Positions 10,978 to 20,465 of a stretch of 64,000 nucleotides of DNA are shown here, piece by piece (the stretch's first letter is position 1; each line of letters begins with the position of its first letter). This stretch comes from an uncultured Nitrospiraceae bacterium (GTDB taxonomy: Bacteria; Nitrospirota; Thermodesulfovibrionia; Thermodesulfovibrionales; SM23-35). Made by a program: the position numbers and the translations under genes. The notes beneath the pieces were generated by a model. The model was given only the letters and a program-made list of their open reading frames with translations, did no database searches and was not told where the DNA came from. The DNA lies in contig CAVSHB010000004.1 in assembly GCA_963727775.1 (NCBI GenBank), positions 32,001 through 96,000 on the forward strand, in the 5' to 3' direction.

Positions 10978-12848
10978 TGCTTCAACTATTATGGCTGATA
11001 CCTGCCCTGCCTTTTGCCGCTTTCCTTATGCTGGCGCTGTCCGGACGCAGGTTTTCTGAAAAAGTTGCGGCGTTCATCGGGGTAATCTTCGTGGGTATTT
11101 CCGCGATATTGGCGCTCCTGGCAGGAGCAAGTTTCATTTTTGCTACCCCGCCGGGCAATGCATATACACAGACTCTCTGGAACTGGGTACAAGTCGATGG
11201 GTTTGCCCCCATGGTATCACTGCGTCTTGATGCGCTGTCACTGGTAATGATTGTAGTAGTAACATTTGTCGGTTTTCTTATCCATCTTTATTCGATCGAA
11301 TTTATGAAGGGCGATGAAGGGTATAGCCGTTTCTTTGCTTATATGAATCTGTTCGTCGGCTCCATGCTCACACTGGTCTTGGCCGATGACCTGCTTCTTC
11401 TTTACCTCGGATGGGAAGGGGTGGGACTATGCAGCTATCTCCTCATTGGCTTTTGGTATCGTGACCCGGCAAACGGCCGCGCAGCCCTTAAAGCGTTCAT
11501 TGTTACCCGAATTGGTGACGCTTCACTGGCCATAGGTCTGTTCCTGCTTTTTACTAACCTCGGAACATTGCAGATACAGCAGCTGATGCACATCGCCCCA
11601 CAGAAATTGCCTGTCGGATCAGGGCTTGCCGTGGCGTCTGCCGCACTGCTGCTCGGAGGGGCCGTAGGCAAATCCGCGCAGCTCCCTCTCCAGACATGGC
11701 TTCCGGATGCAATGGCAGGCCCTACTCCCGTGAGCGCCCTTATCCATGCCGCAACAATGGTGACCGCCGGTGTTTACCTTCTTGCCCGCACGCACGTGCT
11801 TTTTGCGCTTGCGCCTGTTGTCCAGACTGCAACGGCCATAATCGGAGCGGCGACCTTGCTCCTTGCAGGCTTCAGCGCCCTCACACAGCGCGACATCAAG
11901 CGCGCCCTCGCCTATTCGACTATGAGCCAGATTGGATACATGTTCCTTGCACTCGGTGTCGGAGCATGGTCTGCAGCTATTTTCCATTTCGTGACCCACG
12001 CTTTTTTTAAGGCCCTCCTTTTCCTCGGCGCAGGTGTTGTTATCCTTGCGTTGGACCAGGAACATGATATGCTGAAGATGGGAGGACTCAGAAAACAGTT
12101 GCCTGTCACGTTCTGGACCTTTCTTATCGGTTCGGCATCTTTGTCGGCGTTGCCTATAATTACAGCCGGATTTTACAGCAAGGACCTGATCCTTTGGAAT
12201 GTCTGGGCTTCAAGTTCAGGGAATGTCTGGTTTTATATAGCAGGATTGTCAGGCGCATTCATTACTTCGATTTACACCTTCCGCATGCTGTTTTTGACCT
12301 TCTCCGGAGACGCTGCGACCCAGGTGAGTCGTAAACCCGGTGTATTAATGACCCTGCCCTTAATTATTCTGGCTGCGCTATCGTTGACAGCAGGTTTTAT
12401 TGACCTACCCGGATTCCTTCACACTGTTCTGCCTCCAGTGACCATAGCCACAAAGGACTTGAGCGCCGAAGGAAATTTGCGGTTCGTTGCCTCTCTGATT
12501 GTTCTCATAGGAATTATATTTGCGTACAGATATTTTCTCCATAGCCCCCAACACACGGGCCGCAGAGAGAAGATTATCCGTAATCCGATCGTCTATGCTA
12601 TACACTGCTTCTTATTTCAGGGCTGGAACTTTGATCTGATGTATGACAAAGTGTTTGTGCAGCCTTTTTTATGGACTGCGCGTATCAACAGAAATGATTT
12701 CATAGATGGCATATCACTCGGGATAGCGCTGCTTTGCCGTGCAGGTAATCGCGCCCTCAGTTTCACTCAGTCCGGGAAAATTCGGTGGTACGCAATGGGT
12801 ATCGCTGTCGGCGCAGTCATTATCATAGGTATCGTGGAGATTTTATGA
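10977..12848 (+). CDS. nuoL: NADH-quinone oxidoreductase subunit L
   Basis: GWEGVGLCSYLLIGFW, KSAQLPLQTWLPDAMAGPTPVSALIHAATMV, HAFFKA. Confidence 0.96.
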   Translation: MLQLLWLIPALPFAAFLMLALSGRRFSEKVAAFIGVIFVGISAILALLAGASFIFATPPGNAYTQTLWNWVQVDGFAPMVSLRLDALSLVMIVVVTFVGFLIHLYSIEFMKGDEGYSRFFAYMNLFVGSMLTLVLADDLLLLYLGWEGVGLCSYLLIGFWYRDPANGRAALKAFIVTRIGDASLAIGLFLLFTNLGTLQIQQLMHIAPQKLPVGSGLAVASAALLLGGAVGKSAQLPLQTWLPDAMAGPTPVSALIHAATMVTAGVYLLARTHVLFALAPVVQTATAIIGAATLLLAGFSALTQRDIKRALAYSTMSQIGYMFLALGVGAWSAAIFHFVTHAFFKALLFLGAGVVILALDQEHDMLKMGGLRKQLPVTFWTFLIGSASLSALPIITAGFYSKDLILWNVWASSSGNVWFYIAGLSGAFITSIYTFRMLFLTFSGDAATQVSRKPGVLMTLPLIILAALSLTAGFIDLPGFLHTVLPPVTIATKDLSAEGNLRFVASLIVLIGIIFAYRYFLHSPQHTGRREKIIRNPIVYAIHCFLFQGWNFDLMYDKVFVQPFLWTARINRNDFIDGISLGIALLCRAGNRALSFTQSGKIRWYAMGIAVGAVIIIGIVEIL

Positions 12849-14428
12849 TATTACTATATCTTATTCTTATCCCTCTGACAGGTGGCCTGTTGTCGTGGGT
12901 CCTTGGCCGCCGAAATCCCAGGCTACCATTCCGGATTTCATTGATCGCCATGACGTCGGACCTTTTCATCACACTTTTTTTGTGGTTTGCATATTATCAA
13001 AACATAGCTCTTGAAAGTCGCGGGAGATGGCTGATCGAATTGAACTGTAAATGGATTCCCCAATTGGGAATCGGTTTTCACCTGGCCATGGACAGCCTCA
13101 GTCTTGTCCTTGTCACGCTCACGGCTTTCCTCGGCATTATGGCCGTTGCGTCTTCACCGACAGAGATAAAAGAAAAGATCGGGTTCTTTCATTTCAACCT
13201 GATGTTCGTGTTAGCAGGAATTATCGGGGTTTTCCTTGCTATGGATCTGTTCCTCTTCTATTTTTTCTGGGAACTCATGCTGGTGCCTATGTATTTCCTC
13301 ATTGCTGCTTGGGGCCATGAAAACCGAATTTATGCGTCCATCAAGTTTTTCCTCTTTACACAGCTCAGCGGACTGCTTATGTTTGCTGCTATTCTCGGAC
13401 TATATTTTGTCCACGGAAACAATACCGGCATATATACATTCGATTATATGCAGTTGCTCGGGACGTCCATGCCTGCATCCACGGCGATGTGGCTTATGCT
13501 CGGTTTCTTCATTGCCTTTGCAGTTAAACTTCCCGTTGTTCCTGTGCATAACTGGCTGCCTGATGCCCATACAGAAGCGCCGACTGCCGGGAGTGTGATC
13601 CTCGCCGGGCTTTTGCTTAAAACCGGGGCTTACGGATTACTCCGCTTTGTAATCCCGTTGTTCCCCGAAGCAGCAGCTGCTTTCAGTCCTGTAGCCATGA
13701 CGCTTGCCGTCATCGGGATCCTTTACGGCGCCTTTATGGCTTTTGCGCAGACAGACCTCAAGCGTCTTATCGCATATACAAGCGTAAGCCACATGGGGTT
13801 TGTGCTCCTCGGAATATTTGCATGGAACATGCTTTCATTGCAGGGCGCGGTCCTGCAGATGGTATGTCACGGCATAAGCACCGGAGCGCTTTTTATTATC
13901 GCAGGAGCTTTGCAGGAGAGAATACATACCAGGGATATAAACCGCATGGGCGGACTCTGGTCAACCGCGCCGCGCATGGGCGCGACCGGACTTTGCCTTG
14001 CACTTGCATCTTTAGGGCTGCCCGGAATGGGCAATTTCATTGCCGAGTTTCTCGTGCTTTTAGGGTCCTATAGGATAAATATCGCTCTGACAGTATTTGC
14101 AACGACCGGACTTGTTATCGCAACAATATATGCATTGTGGATGATACAGGCGACCTTCTTCGGAGTAAATAAGGAAGGATGGAAGGTCCCTGATTTCTCA
14201 GTACGGGAAACGGCTGTTATGTTTGTAATGATTATGACCCTGCTCTGGCTCGGCATTTATCCGCAACCTTTATTAAACACAACAGGACAATCCCTTGGCG
14301 TCATGCAAAAAACCGTCGAAGAAATGCGCTCTGAAAAATCACCCGCTCAAGCCGGACAATCCTTGAAGGGAGACATTAATAATAACGTTGCCGCTTTTTT
14401 GTCAAAGGTGACCGATGACAATAAATGA
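12845..14428 (+). CDS. nuoM: NADH-quinone oxidoreductase subunit M
   Basis: FFWELMLVPM, HNWLPDAHTEAPT, YTSVSHMG; ATG 12845 overlaps nuoL stop. Confidence 0.95.
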   Translation: MILLYLILIPLTGGLLSWVLGRRNPRLPFRISLIAMTSDLFITLFLWFAYYQNIALESRGRWLIELNCKWIPQLGIGFHLAMDSLSLVLVTLTAFLGIMAVASSPTEIKEKIGFFHFNLMFVLAGIIGVFLAMDLFLFYFFWELMLVPMYFLIAAWGHENRIYASIKFFLFTQLSGLLMFAAILGLYFVHGNNTGIYTFDYMQLLGTSMPASTAMWLMLGFFIAFAVKLPVVPVHNWLPDAHTEAPTAGSVILAGLLLKTGAYGLLRFVIPLFPEAAAAFSPVAMTLAVIGILYGAFMAFAQTDLKRLIAYTSVSHMGFVLLGIFAWNMLSLQGAVLQMVCHGISTGALFIIAGALQERIHTRDINRMGGLWSTAPRMGATGLCLALASLGLPGMGNFIAEFLVLLGSYRINIALTVFATTGLVIATIYALWMIQATFFGVNKEGWKVPDFSVRETAVMFVMIMTLLWLGIYPQPLLNTTGQSLGVMQKTVEEMRSEKSPAQAGQSLKGDINNNVAAFLSKVTDDNK

Positions 14429-15851
14429 TATATTTGTTCTGTTGCCTTTAATTGTGATAGCCGCAACCGCATTGGTCGTCATGCTTGCAATCGCTTTCCA
14501 CCGCAGTCATATACTCAGCGCCATACTGACATCCACCGGAATTGCAGGATCTTTAGCATCACTCGCAAAGTCCTCCACATTATTGCCGCGCCGGGTAACT
14601 TTGCTTTTTGTCTTTGACCATTATGCAATCTTCTTCTCAGGGCTGATACTCATCGCAAGTTTATTTGTAACTGTTTTGTCATATGCTTATCTTAAAATGC
14701 AAGAGAGAAACCGTGAGGAATTCTACATCCTCCTTCTCCTGTCAATACTTGGCGCGATGGTCCTTATTTCCGGCAGCCACTTCGCTTCCTTCTTCCTGGG
14801 GATTGAAACCCTGAGCGTAAGCCTCTATGCCCTTATTGCCTATCTTTGCGCCTGCGAACGCAGCATAGAGGCCGGGATTAAATATCTCATCCTCGCTTCA
14901 GTTTCTGCGGCATTCCTGCTATTCGGCATGGCTCTCATTTATGCGGAATTGGGGACAATGGATTTCGCCCGGATTGCGGCTGGAATTTCCCTTGCGGGAG
15001 TTCATAATATATTTTTTCTCACGGGTACCGCAATGATAATCACAGGAGTGGGATTTAAACTGGCACTGGCGCCTTTTCATATGTGGACCCCTGATGTATA
15101 TGAAGGCGCTCCCGCGCCTGTCACCGCTTTTATAGCGACAGTATCAAAGGGTGCCGTGTTTGCCCTTTTGCTGAGATATTTTACCCTGATGGATATCCAC
15201 CTCTATGATTCGTTGTTCCTGATATTCGCGCTCATGGCGGCTGCTTCAATGTTCATAGGAAACCTGCTCGCTCTGACGCAGAACAATGTCAAGCGTATCC
15301 TTGCTTATTCGTCGATCTCGCATATGGGCTACTTGCTTGTGGCTTTCCTTGCGGTCAAAACATATGCTGTGACAGCCGTGGCCTTCTACCTTACCGCCTA
15401 TTTTATAACTACCCTGGGGGCTTTCGGCGTCGTCTCCGTATTATACGAGGGACACAGGGAAGCGGATGATATCGATGATTATATCGGTATGGCATGGAGA
15501 AGGCCGTTATTGGGCGGCGTTTTTACCTTAATGCTGCTCTCGCTGGCAGGCATTCCACTGACTGCGGGTTTCATGGGGAAATTTTATATTATGGCAGCGG
15601 GGGTCGGCTCGTCTCTATGGCTGCTCGTGATAACCCTCGTGATAAACAGCGCCATCGGACTATTCTATTACCTGAGGATTATTGTTGCCTTATACAAAAG
15701 GAGTGACGAGAAAGATGCTGCTGTTTCAGGTATTTCCTGGTCAAGCGGTATTGCGCTCGCGGCACTTTCGATATTACTTATATGGCTGGGCGTATATCCG
15801 GCCTTTTTTATTGATATGATCCGCATAATTATCAGCGGCAATATTACATAG
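14415..15851 (+). CDS. nuoN: NADH-quinone oxidoreductase subunit N
   Basis: [45 protein letters not shown]. Confidence 0.96.
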   Translation: MTINDIFVLLPLIVIAATALVVMLAIAFHRSHILSAILTSTGIAGSLASLAKSSTLLPRRVTLLFVFDHYAIFFSGLILIASLFVTVLSYAYLKMQERNREEFYILLLLSILGAMVLISGSHFASFFLGIETLSVSLYALIAYLCACERSIEAGIKYLILASVSAAFLLFGMALIYAELGTMDFARIAAGISLAGVHNIFFLTGTAMIITGVGFKLALAPFHMWTPDVYEGAPAPVTAFIATVSKGAVFALLLRYFTLMDIHLYDSLFLIFALMAAASMFIGNLLALTQNNVKRILAYSSISHMGYLLVAFLAVKTYAVTAVAFYLTAYFITTLGAFGVVSVLYEGHREADDIDDYIGMAWRRPLLGGVFTLMLLSLAGIPLTAGFMGKFYIMAAGVGSSLWLLVITLVINSAIGLFYYLRIIVALYKRSDEKDAAVSGISWSSGIALAALSILLIWLGVYPAFFIDMIRIIISGNIT

Positions 15852-15873
15852 GGGAATAACGGAGGAATATATT

Positions 15874-16410
15874 ATGGAAGGAAATATCCAAGCCGGCATG
15901 TCTGATAAGCCCGGCGCTACACGTCGCGCTTTTCTCAAGATGCTTATCATGGTGATAACTTTTTTTACCTCACTGATATTGGGAATACCTTTCGTTAGGT
16001 CCCTTATTGTATCAAAGTCCAGCGAAGCCAAACAGGTTTGGCACAGGGTGGCTGAAATTAATTCACTGCCTGAAGGCCGGCCGATAAAGTTGAACTTTTT
16101 TGCTCGCGTCGAAGACGCCTACAGGCATGAAGCCGCGATGCATTCAGTCTGGGCTGTAAAACACTCAGAGTCGGATATAACGGTATACTCTCCGATATGC
16201 ACACATCTCGGCTGTTATTACAAATGGAATGCCGGGACCGGACACTTCGAATGTCCATGCCATGGAAGTATATTTTCAGTAGATGGGAAAGTACTTGGCG
16301 GCCCTGCGCCGCGTCCCCTTGATACACTGCTTTCAAGAATAGATAATGGGGCTTTGTTCGTTGCATGGGAGCAGTTCAAGGTCGGAATACCTGAAAAGGT
16401 GCGGGTATAG
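15874..16410 (+). CDS. Rieske 2Fe-2S subunit of a Rieske/cytochrome b complex
   Basis: Tat motif TRRAFLK plus TM helix; CTHLGC...CPCHGS; GPAPRPL. Confidence 0.93.
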   Translation: MEGNIQAGMSDKPGATRRAFLKMLIMVITFFTSLILGIPFVRSLIVSKSSEAKQVWHRVAEINSLPEGRPIKLNFFARVEDAYRHEAAMHSVWAVKHSESDITVYSPICTHLGCYYKWNAGTGHFECPCHGSIFSVDGKVLGGPAPRPLDTLLSRIDNGALFVAWEQFKVGIPEKVRV

Positions 16411-16418
16411 GGGGTCTT

Positions 16419-18359
16419 ATGCTTACACGAATCCGGATTTGGTTGAATGAAAGATGGCCGTTCTCTGAACTCGTCCATCTCGCGCTCGACGAAGAGATCC
16501 CAGGCGGCAGCCGCCTCACATATACCCTTGGCAGCGCCCTTATCACTGTTTTCCTGCTTCAGGCAATAACAGGGATTCTTCAGCTTTTCTATTACGTTCC
16601 CGCTGTAGACCATGCCTATGACAGTATCAGTTTTTTGAGGACCCAAATCCCTTTTGGCTGGATGATCAACGGTCTGCATTATTGGGGGGCCAATGCCATG
16701 ATCATTATAATAGCGCTCCATATCTCGCGCGTCTTTGTATGGGGCGCATACCAAAGGCCACGTGAGCTGACATGGCTGTTCGGCGTAAGCCTTTTGCTTA
16801 TCGTTATGGCCTTAAGCTTCACAGGAGGGCCTCTGTCCTGGGACCAAAGAGCCTATTGGGAAGCAGAGGTCGGTACAAGTATTCCAGGTTCTATTCCCGT
16901 TGTGGGCGACGCTATCAAACGAATAATGCGCGGTGGGGACGAGATGGGCCAGTTGACCCTATCGCGCCTTTTTATCGTCCACACAGCGGTTCTGCCTGCG
17001 ACCCTGGTTGCATTAATCGCAGCCCATCTCATTGCCTTGCGCCGTTTCGGCAATGTCGGACCATGGGACGAGACCCAAAGGAAATTTAACGGACCGTTCT
17101 GGCCTGATCAGGTCTTCAAAGATGCGCTCATTTCAGCGCTCATAATTCTTTCACTCATCACATTGGTTGTATTCGCTCCGAAACCCTTTAACGGCGCAGC
17201 AGATCCTTTGGATTCCTTATTCATTCCAAAGCCCGAATGGAACTTCCTCTTCCTTTATGAGGCACTCAAATTCTTTCCGGGAAAGCTCGAACCTTTAGGC
17301 GCGGTGGTCTTCCCCCAGGCGCTGGTTTTTTTATTGATACTGCTCCCTTTTCTTGACCGAGGGCCTGAACGCAACCCTCTGAAGCGTCCCTTGATTTTGG
17401 CGTGCGGAATAATATTCTGGTTAATTATAGTGTCGTTGACCATTGCCGGTTATTACAGTAAACCGGCAATGGGAGAAGCCCCTGCGCCTCCTTCACTGGT
17501 GCCCCGGACAATCGCTTCTTCAGCGGCATCTCAGAGCGGAGCTCAGTTGTTTCAATTGCAGGGCTGCGTTGCATGCCATCGTGTAAATAACGCTGGCGGA
17601 ACAGTCGGCCCCGAGTTGTCAGGAGAAGGGCTCAAGGGCAGGACAAAAGAGTGGCTCATCACTCAAATCAGAAATCCAAAGGAACATAATCCTAATACCA
17701 TCATGCCGTTCTTTGCCGCTCTGAGCAATAAGGATGTAGATACTCTTGTTGCTTATCTGCTCGGCCTTAAAGGCGCGCCGGGCAAGCCTTCGCCTCAAAC
17801 GCCGGATATTACCGGCAAGCCGTCGACTTCCGAACAATCATCGTCGCAACCTGCTACGGATGTCTTTCCTCAAACGAACCCGACTGCATCGCCCTCTCAG
17901 GGACAACCGGGGCCTGCAGCCGACATTATCGGCAGCGCTGAAAGGGGGGCCATGCTATTTGGGATGGAGTGTGCGGCATGTCATGGTCCTGCCGGAACGG
18001 ATAAAGTTCCCAATCCTGGCTCGGCTGAGGCATACGTTCCTGCGCTCAATCCGATTGATAAGGAATTATTCAGCAAAGACCCTAAGGAATTCGCGGGAAA
18101 TATCGACAAGTTTATTCAGCACGGCTCGATACCGGAAGGGACCGGACCGCAGCGCCGGATGCCGGCATTCGGAGACACCAATTCTCTCACCCAGCAGCAG
18201 ATATCAAACGTCGAGGCCTATATCCTGGCTTTAAACAATATTGATCGCGCAGAGATAGTTAATCCCGGAATGCCGCCGAAACGGTTTTTCTTTATAGTAG
18301 TGCCGGCAATTATTTTAATTTTATTTATCCTGGGCGGCATATATAAATGCCTTCCATAA
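16419..18359 (+). CDS. Cytochrome b(6) + subunit IV + two cytochrome c domains fusion
   Basis: Four heme-b His (LHYWG..LHIS; VHTA..AHLI), PEWN Qo motif, CVACH and CAACH, Pro/Ser linker, C-terminal TM anchor. Confidence 0.9.
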   Translation: MLTRIRIWLNERWPFSELVHLALDEEIPGGSRLTYTLGSALITVFLLQAITGILQLFYYVPAVDHAYDSISFLRTQIPFGWMINGLHYWGANAMIIIIALHISRVFVWGAYQRPRELTWLFGVSLLLIVMALSFTGGPLSWDQRAYWEAEVGTSIPGSIPVVGDAIKRIMRGGDEMGQLTLSRLFIVHTAVLPATLVALIAAHLIALRRFGNVGPWDETQRKFNGPFWPDQVFKDALISALIILSLITLVVFAPKPFNGAADPLDSLFIPKPEWNFLFLYEALKFFPGKLEPLGAVVFPQALVFLLILLPFLDRGPERNPLKRPLILACGIIFWLIIVSLTIAGYYSKPAMGEAPAPPSLVPRTIASSAASQSGAQLFQLQGCVACHRVNNAGGTVGPELSGEGLKGRTKEWLITQIRNPKEHNPNTIMPFFAALSNKDVDTLVAYLLGLKGAPGKPSPQTPDITGKPSTSEQSSSQPATDVFPQTNPTASPSQGQPGPAADIIGSAERGAMLFGMECAACHGPAGTDKVPNPGSAEAYVPALNPIDKELFSKDPKEFAGNIDKFIQHGSIPEGTGPQRRMPAFGDTNSLTQQQISNVEAYILALNNIDRAEIVNPGMPPKRFFFIVVPAIILILFILGGIYKCLP

Positions 18360-18379
18360 TCCTAAAACAAATAAAATAG

Positions 18380-18515
18380 TGCAGATGTTGTGAAAAAATT
18401 ATTTTTCGATACCTTAGTGTACCTTAAGAAATTATTTGAGGATTATTTTATGAATGCCGCGATAAAGATATTTTAAATATATTCATCGAGATATAATTTT
18501 TGAACAATGTCTGCA
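18380..18515. repeat. MITE-like element family A, copy 1 (136 bp)
   Basis: Imperfect TIRs tgcagatgttgtgaaaaaattat / ataatttttgaacaatgtctgca; diverged inverted copy at 47261-47402. Confidence 0.75.
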
Positions 18516-18544
18516 TTATTTGTGCTGATTGATAAGGAGGTCTT

Positions 18545-19906
18545 ATGAAAGATTATGATGTCATAGTAATCGGGGCCGGTGTGGGGATGATCGTTGTATT
18601 TAAGGCATTATCAGGCGGGAAAAAGGTCGCGCTGATCGATAAGGGAAATCCAGGCGGCACATGCCTTAATGTAGGATGCGTCCCTTCCAAGATGCTTATA
18701 TATCCTGCCGATAGAATAGCCGAGATAAAGGAATCCGGGAAGCTCGGGATACACGCGAAGATAACCGGCATCGATTTCAGTTCCATTATGGGGCGAATGA
18801 GAAAGACCGTCCGGCTTGGCCGGAAATATCTGACAAAAGCGATAAGAGAGACGGCAAATCTTGATTTTTATAACAAGGAATTTCATTTTGTCGATGGGCA
18901 TACATTGAAGACAAAGAACGAAACCATCAGGGGAAAGCAAATTTTCATCGCGTCAGGTTCCCGTCCCTTAATCCCTCCAATTAAAGGGCTGGACACTATT
19001 GACTATTTAACTAATGAGAGTGTTCTGGAGCTTAAAAAGAAACCGGACAGCATCATCGTTATAGGCGGAGGGTATATAGCGGTTGAATATGCCCATTTCT
19101 TCGCGGCTATTGGGACCAGGGTAACAATACTGGAGATCGGAGAGAGATTACTGTCAGCTGAAGAACCGGAAATATCGGACCTCTTAAAAAAAGAACTGTC
19201 GAAGCGCATGGATATCCGTACCCGCACTGCGGCAGTGGAAGTCAGGAAAAACAGATATGGATGCAGTGTTCTTGCAGTGGACATATCCACCAAAAAAGAA
19301 ACGGTGATAAGTGCTGAAAGAATAATGGTTGCAACAGGAAGAAAGTCCAATGCCGATTCATTAAAGGCTGAAAAAGCAGGCATCGAAACGAACCATTTTC
19401 ATTACATAAAAGTAAACGACCGGCTCGAAACAAACAAAAAACATATTTGGGCCTTCGGCGATGCCGTCGGGAAACAGATGTTCACTCACGCCGGCGACAA
19501 AGAAGCCGAGATCGCGTGGCATAACGCTACTCATAATAAAAAAATAAAAATGGATTTTTCTGCTGTTCCGTACGCGGTTTTCACACATCCCCAGATTGCA
19601 GCAGTCGGTTTGACGGAAGCAGAGGCAAGAATAAATCATGATATTTTAGTGGGGAAAGCAAAGTACTCGGACATTGTGGCCGGTGATACAATGGCCGAAA
19701 CAGACGGGTTTGCAAAAGCGATTGTCGAAAAAAAGACTGATAAAGTCCTCGGGTTCCACATTATAGGACCATATGCCACACATATCATTCAGGAAATCGC
19801 CAATGCCGTTGCAATCGGGAACACGGCCCGGCAGATCACAAACAGCATGCACGTTTTTCCCTCGCTGTCGGAGCTTATAACAGAAGCCCTGAATAACCTC
19901 GGATAG
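18545..19906 (+). CDS. Dihydrolipoamide dehydrogenase-like pyridine nucleotide-disulfide oxidoreductase
   Basis: GAGVG FAD motif, GGTCLNVGCVPSK redox disulfide, GGGYIAVE; C-terminal HVFPSLSE lacks the canonical HPxxxE His. Confidence 0.88.
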   Translation: MKDYDVIVIGAGVGMIVVFKALSGGKKVALIDKGNPGGTCLNVGCVPSKMLIYPADRIAEIKESGKLGIHAKITGIDFSSIMGRMRKTVRLGRKYLTKAIRETANLDFYNKEFHFVDGHTLKTKNETIRGKQIFIASGSRPLIPPIKGLDTIDYLTNESVLELKKKPDSIIVIGGGYIAVEYAHFFAAIGTRVTILEIGERLLSAEEPEISDLLKKELSKRMDIRTRTAAVEVRKNRYGCSVLAVDISTKKETVISAERIMVATGRKSNADSLKAEKAGIETNHFHYIKVNDRLETNKKHIWAFGDAVGKQMFTHAGDKEAEIAWHNATHNKKIKMDFSAVPYAVFTHPQIAAVGLTEAEARINHDILVGKAKYSDIVAGDTMAETDGFAKAIVEKKTDKVLGFHIIGPYATHIIQEIANAVAIGNTARQITNSMHVFPSLSELITEALNNLG

Positions 19907-19987
19907 CAAAAGCTCACCAATGCTGCAGTGCAGAATTTGTCTGCTGCCTAACGCGTCTCAACTGGTCCGTCACGCGAAGTACAGCCA

Positions 19988-20073
19988 TTATGTGGAGTTC
20001 CCCGTTATGTGAAGTAAACCTTGCAAGTATATGAATCACAATAATTATCGCTCAATCTACTTCACATAACGGG
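19988..20073 (-). repeat. Probable terminal recombinase-binding array of a RIT-like element
   Basis: Perfect 16-bp IR cccgttatgtgaagta (20001-20016) / tacttcacataacggg (20058-20073) plus a third ttatgtggagt copy (19988), just past the recombinase stop. Confidence 0.65.
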
Positions 20074-20078
20074 TAGGC

Positions 20079-20380
20079 TTACAGTGATTCAAGCCAGCCT
20101 ATGATATCATTGTTGTGTTTGATAAGATGCTGCAGGTTCTCGACCTTGCATGCTGGCGCACAAGTCGAAAGGGCCTTACGTTTCATCTCAAGATCGATTT
20201 CCACATATGCATGGGTAGTATCGAGATTGACATGGCCGAGCCAGTTTTTGATTACAGTGAGATCAACCCCCGACTGGAGCAAATGCATAGCCGTTGTGTG
20301 GCGGAACGTATGGGGGCCAACTTTCTTTTTAGCGAGACTGGGACATTGCTCTGTGGCGGCAGAAATTCGCGCCCGGATTA
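20079..20380 (-). pseudogene. C-terminal fragment of a tyrosine recombinase (RitC-like), truncated by the adjacent element
   Basis: Frame reads ...CPSLAKKKVGPHTFRHTTAMHLLQSGVDLTVIKNWLGHVNLDTTHAY (HxxR, LGH, Y); cut at 20381. Confidence 0.88.
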
Positions 20381-20465
20381 TGTGCTAACGACCAGATAAT
20401 GATACCAAAGATTTGAGGAAATAGGGTGACACTCCAAGTTTAGGTTAACGAAAGGAGTGTCATAG

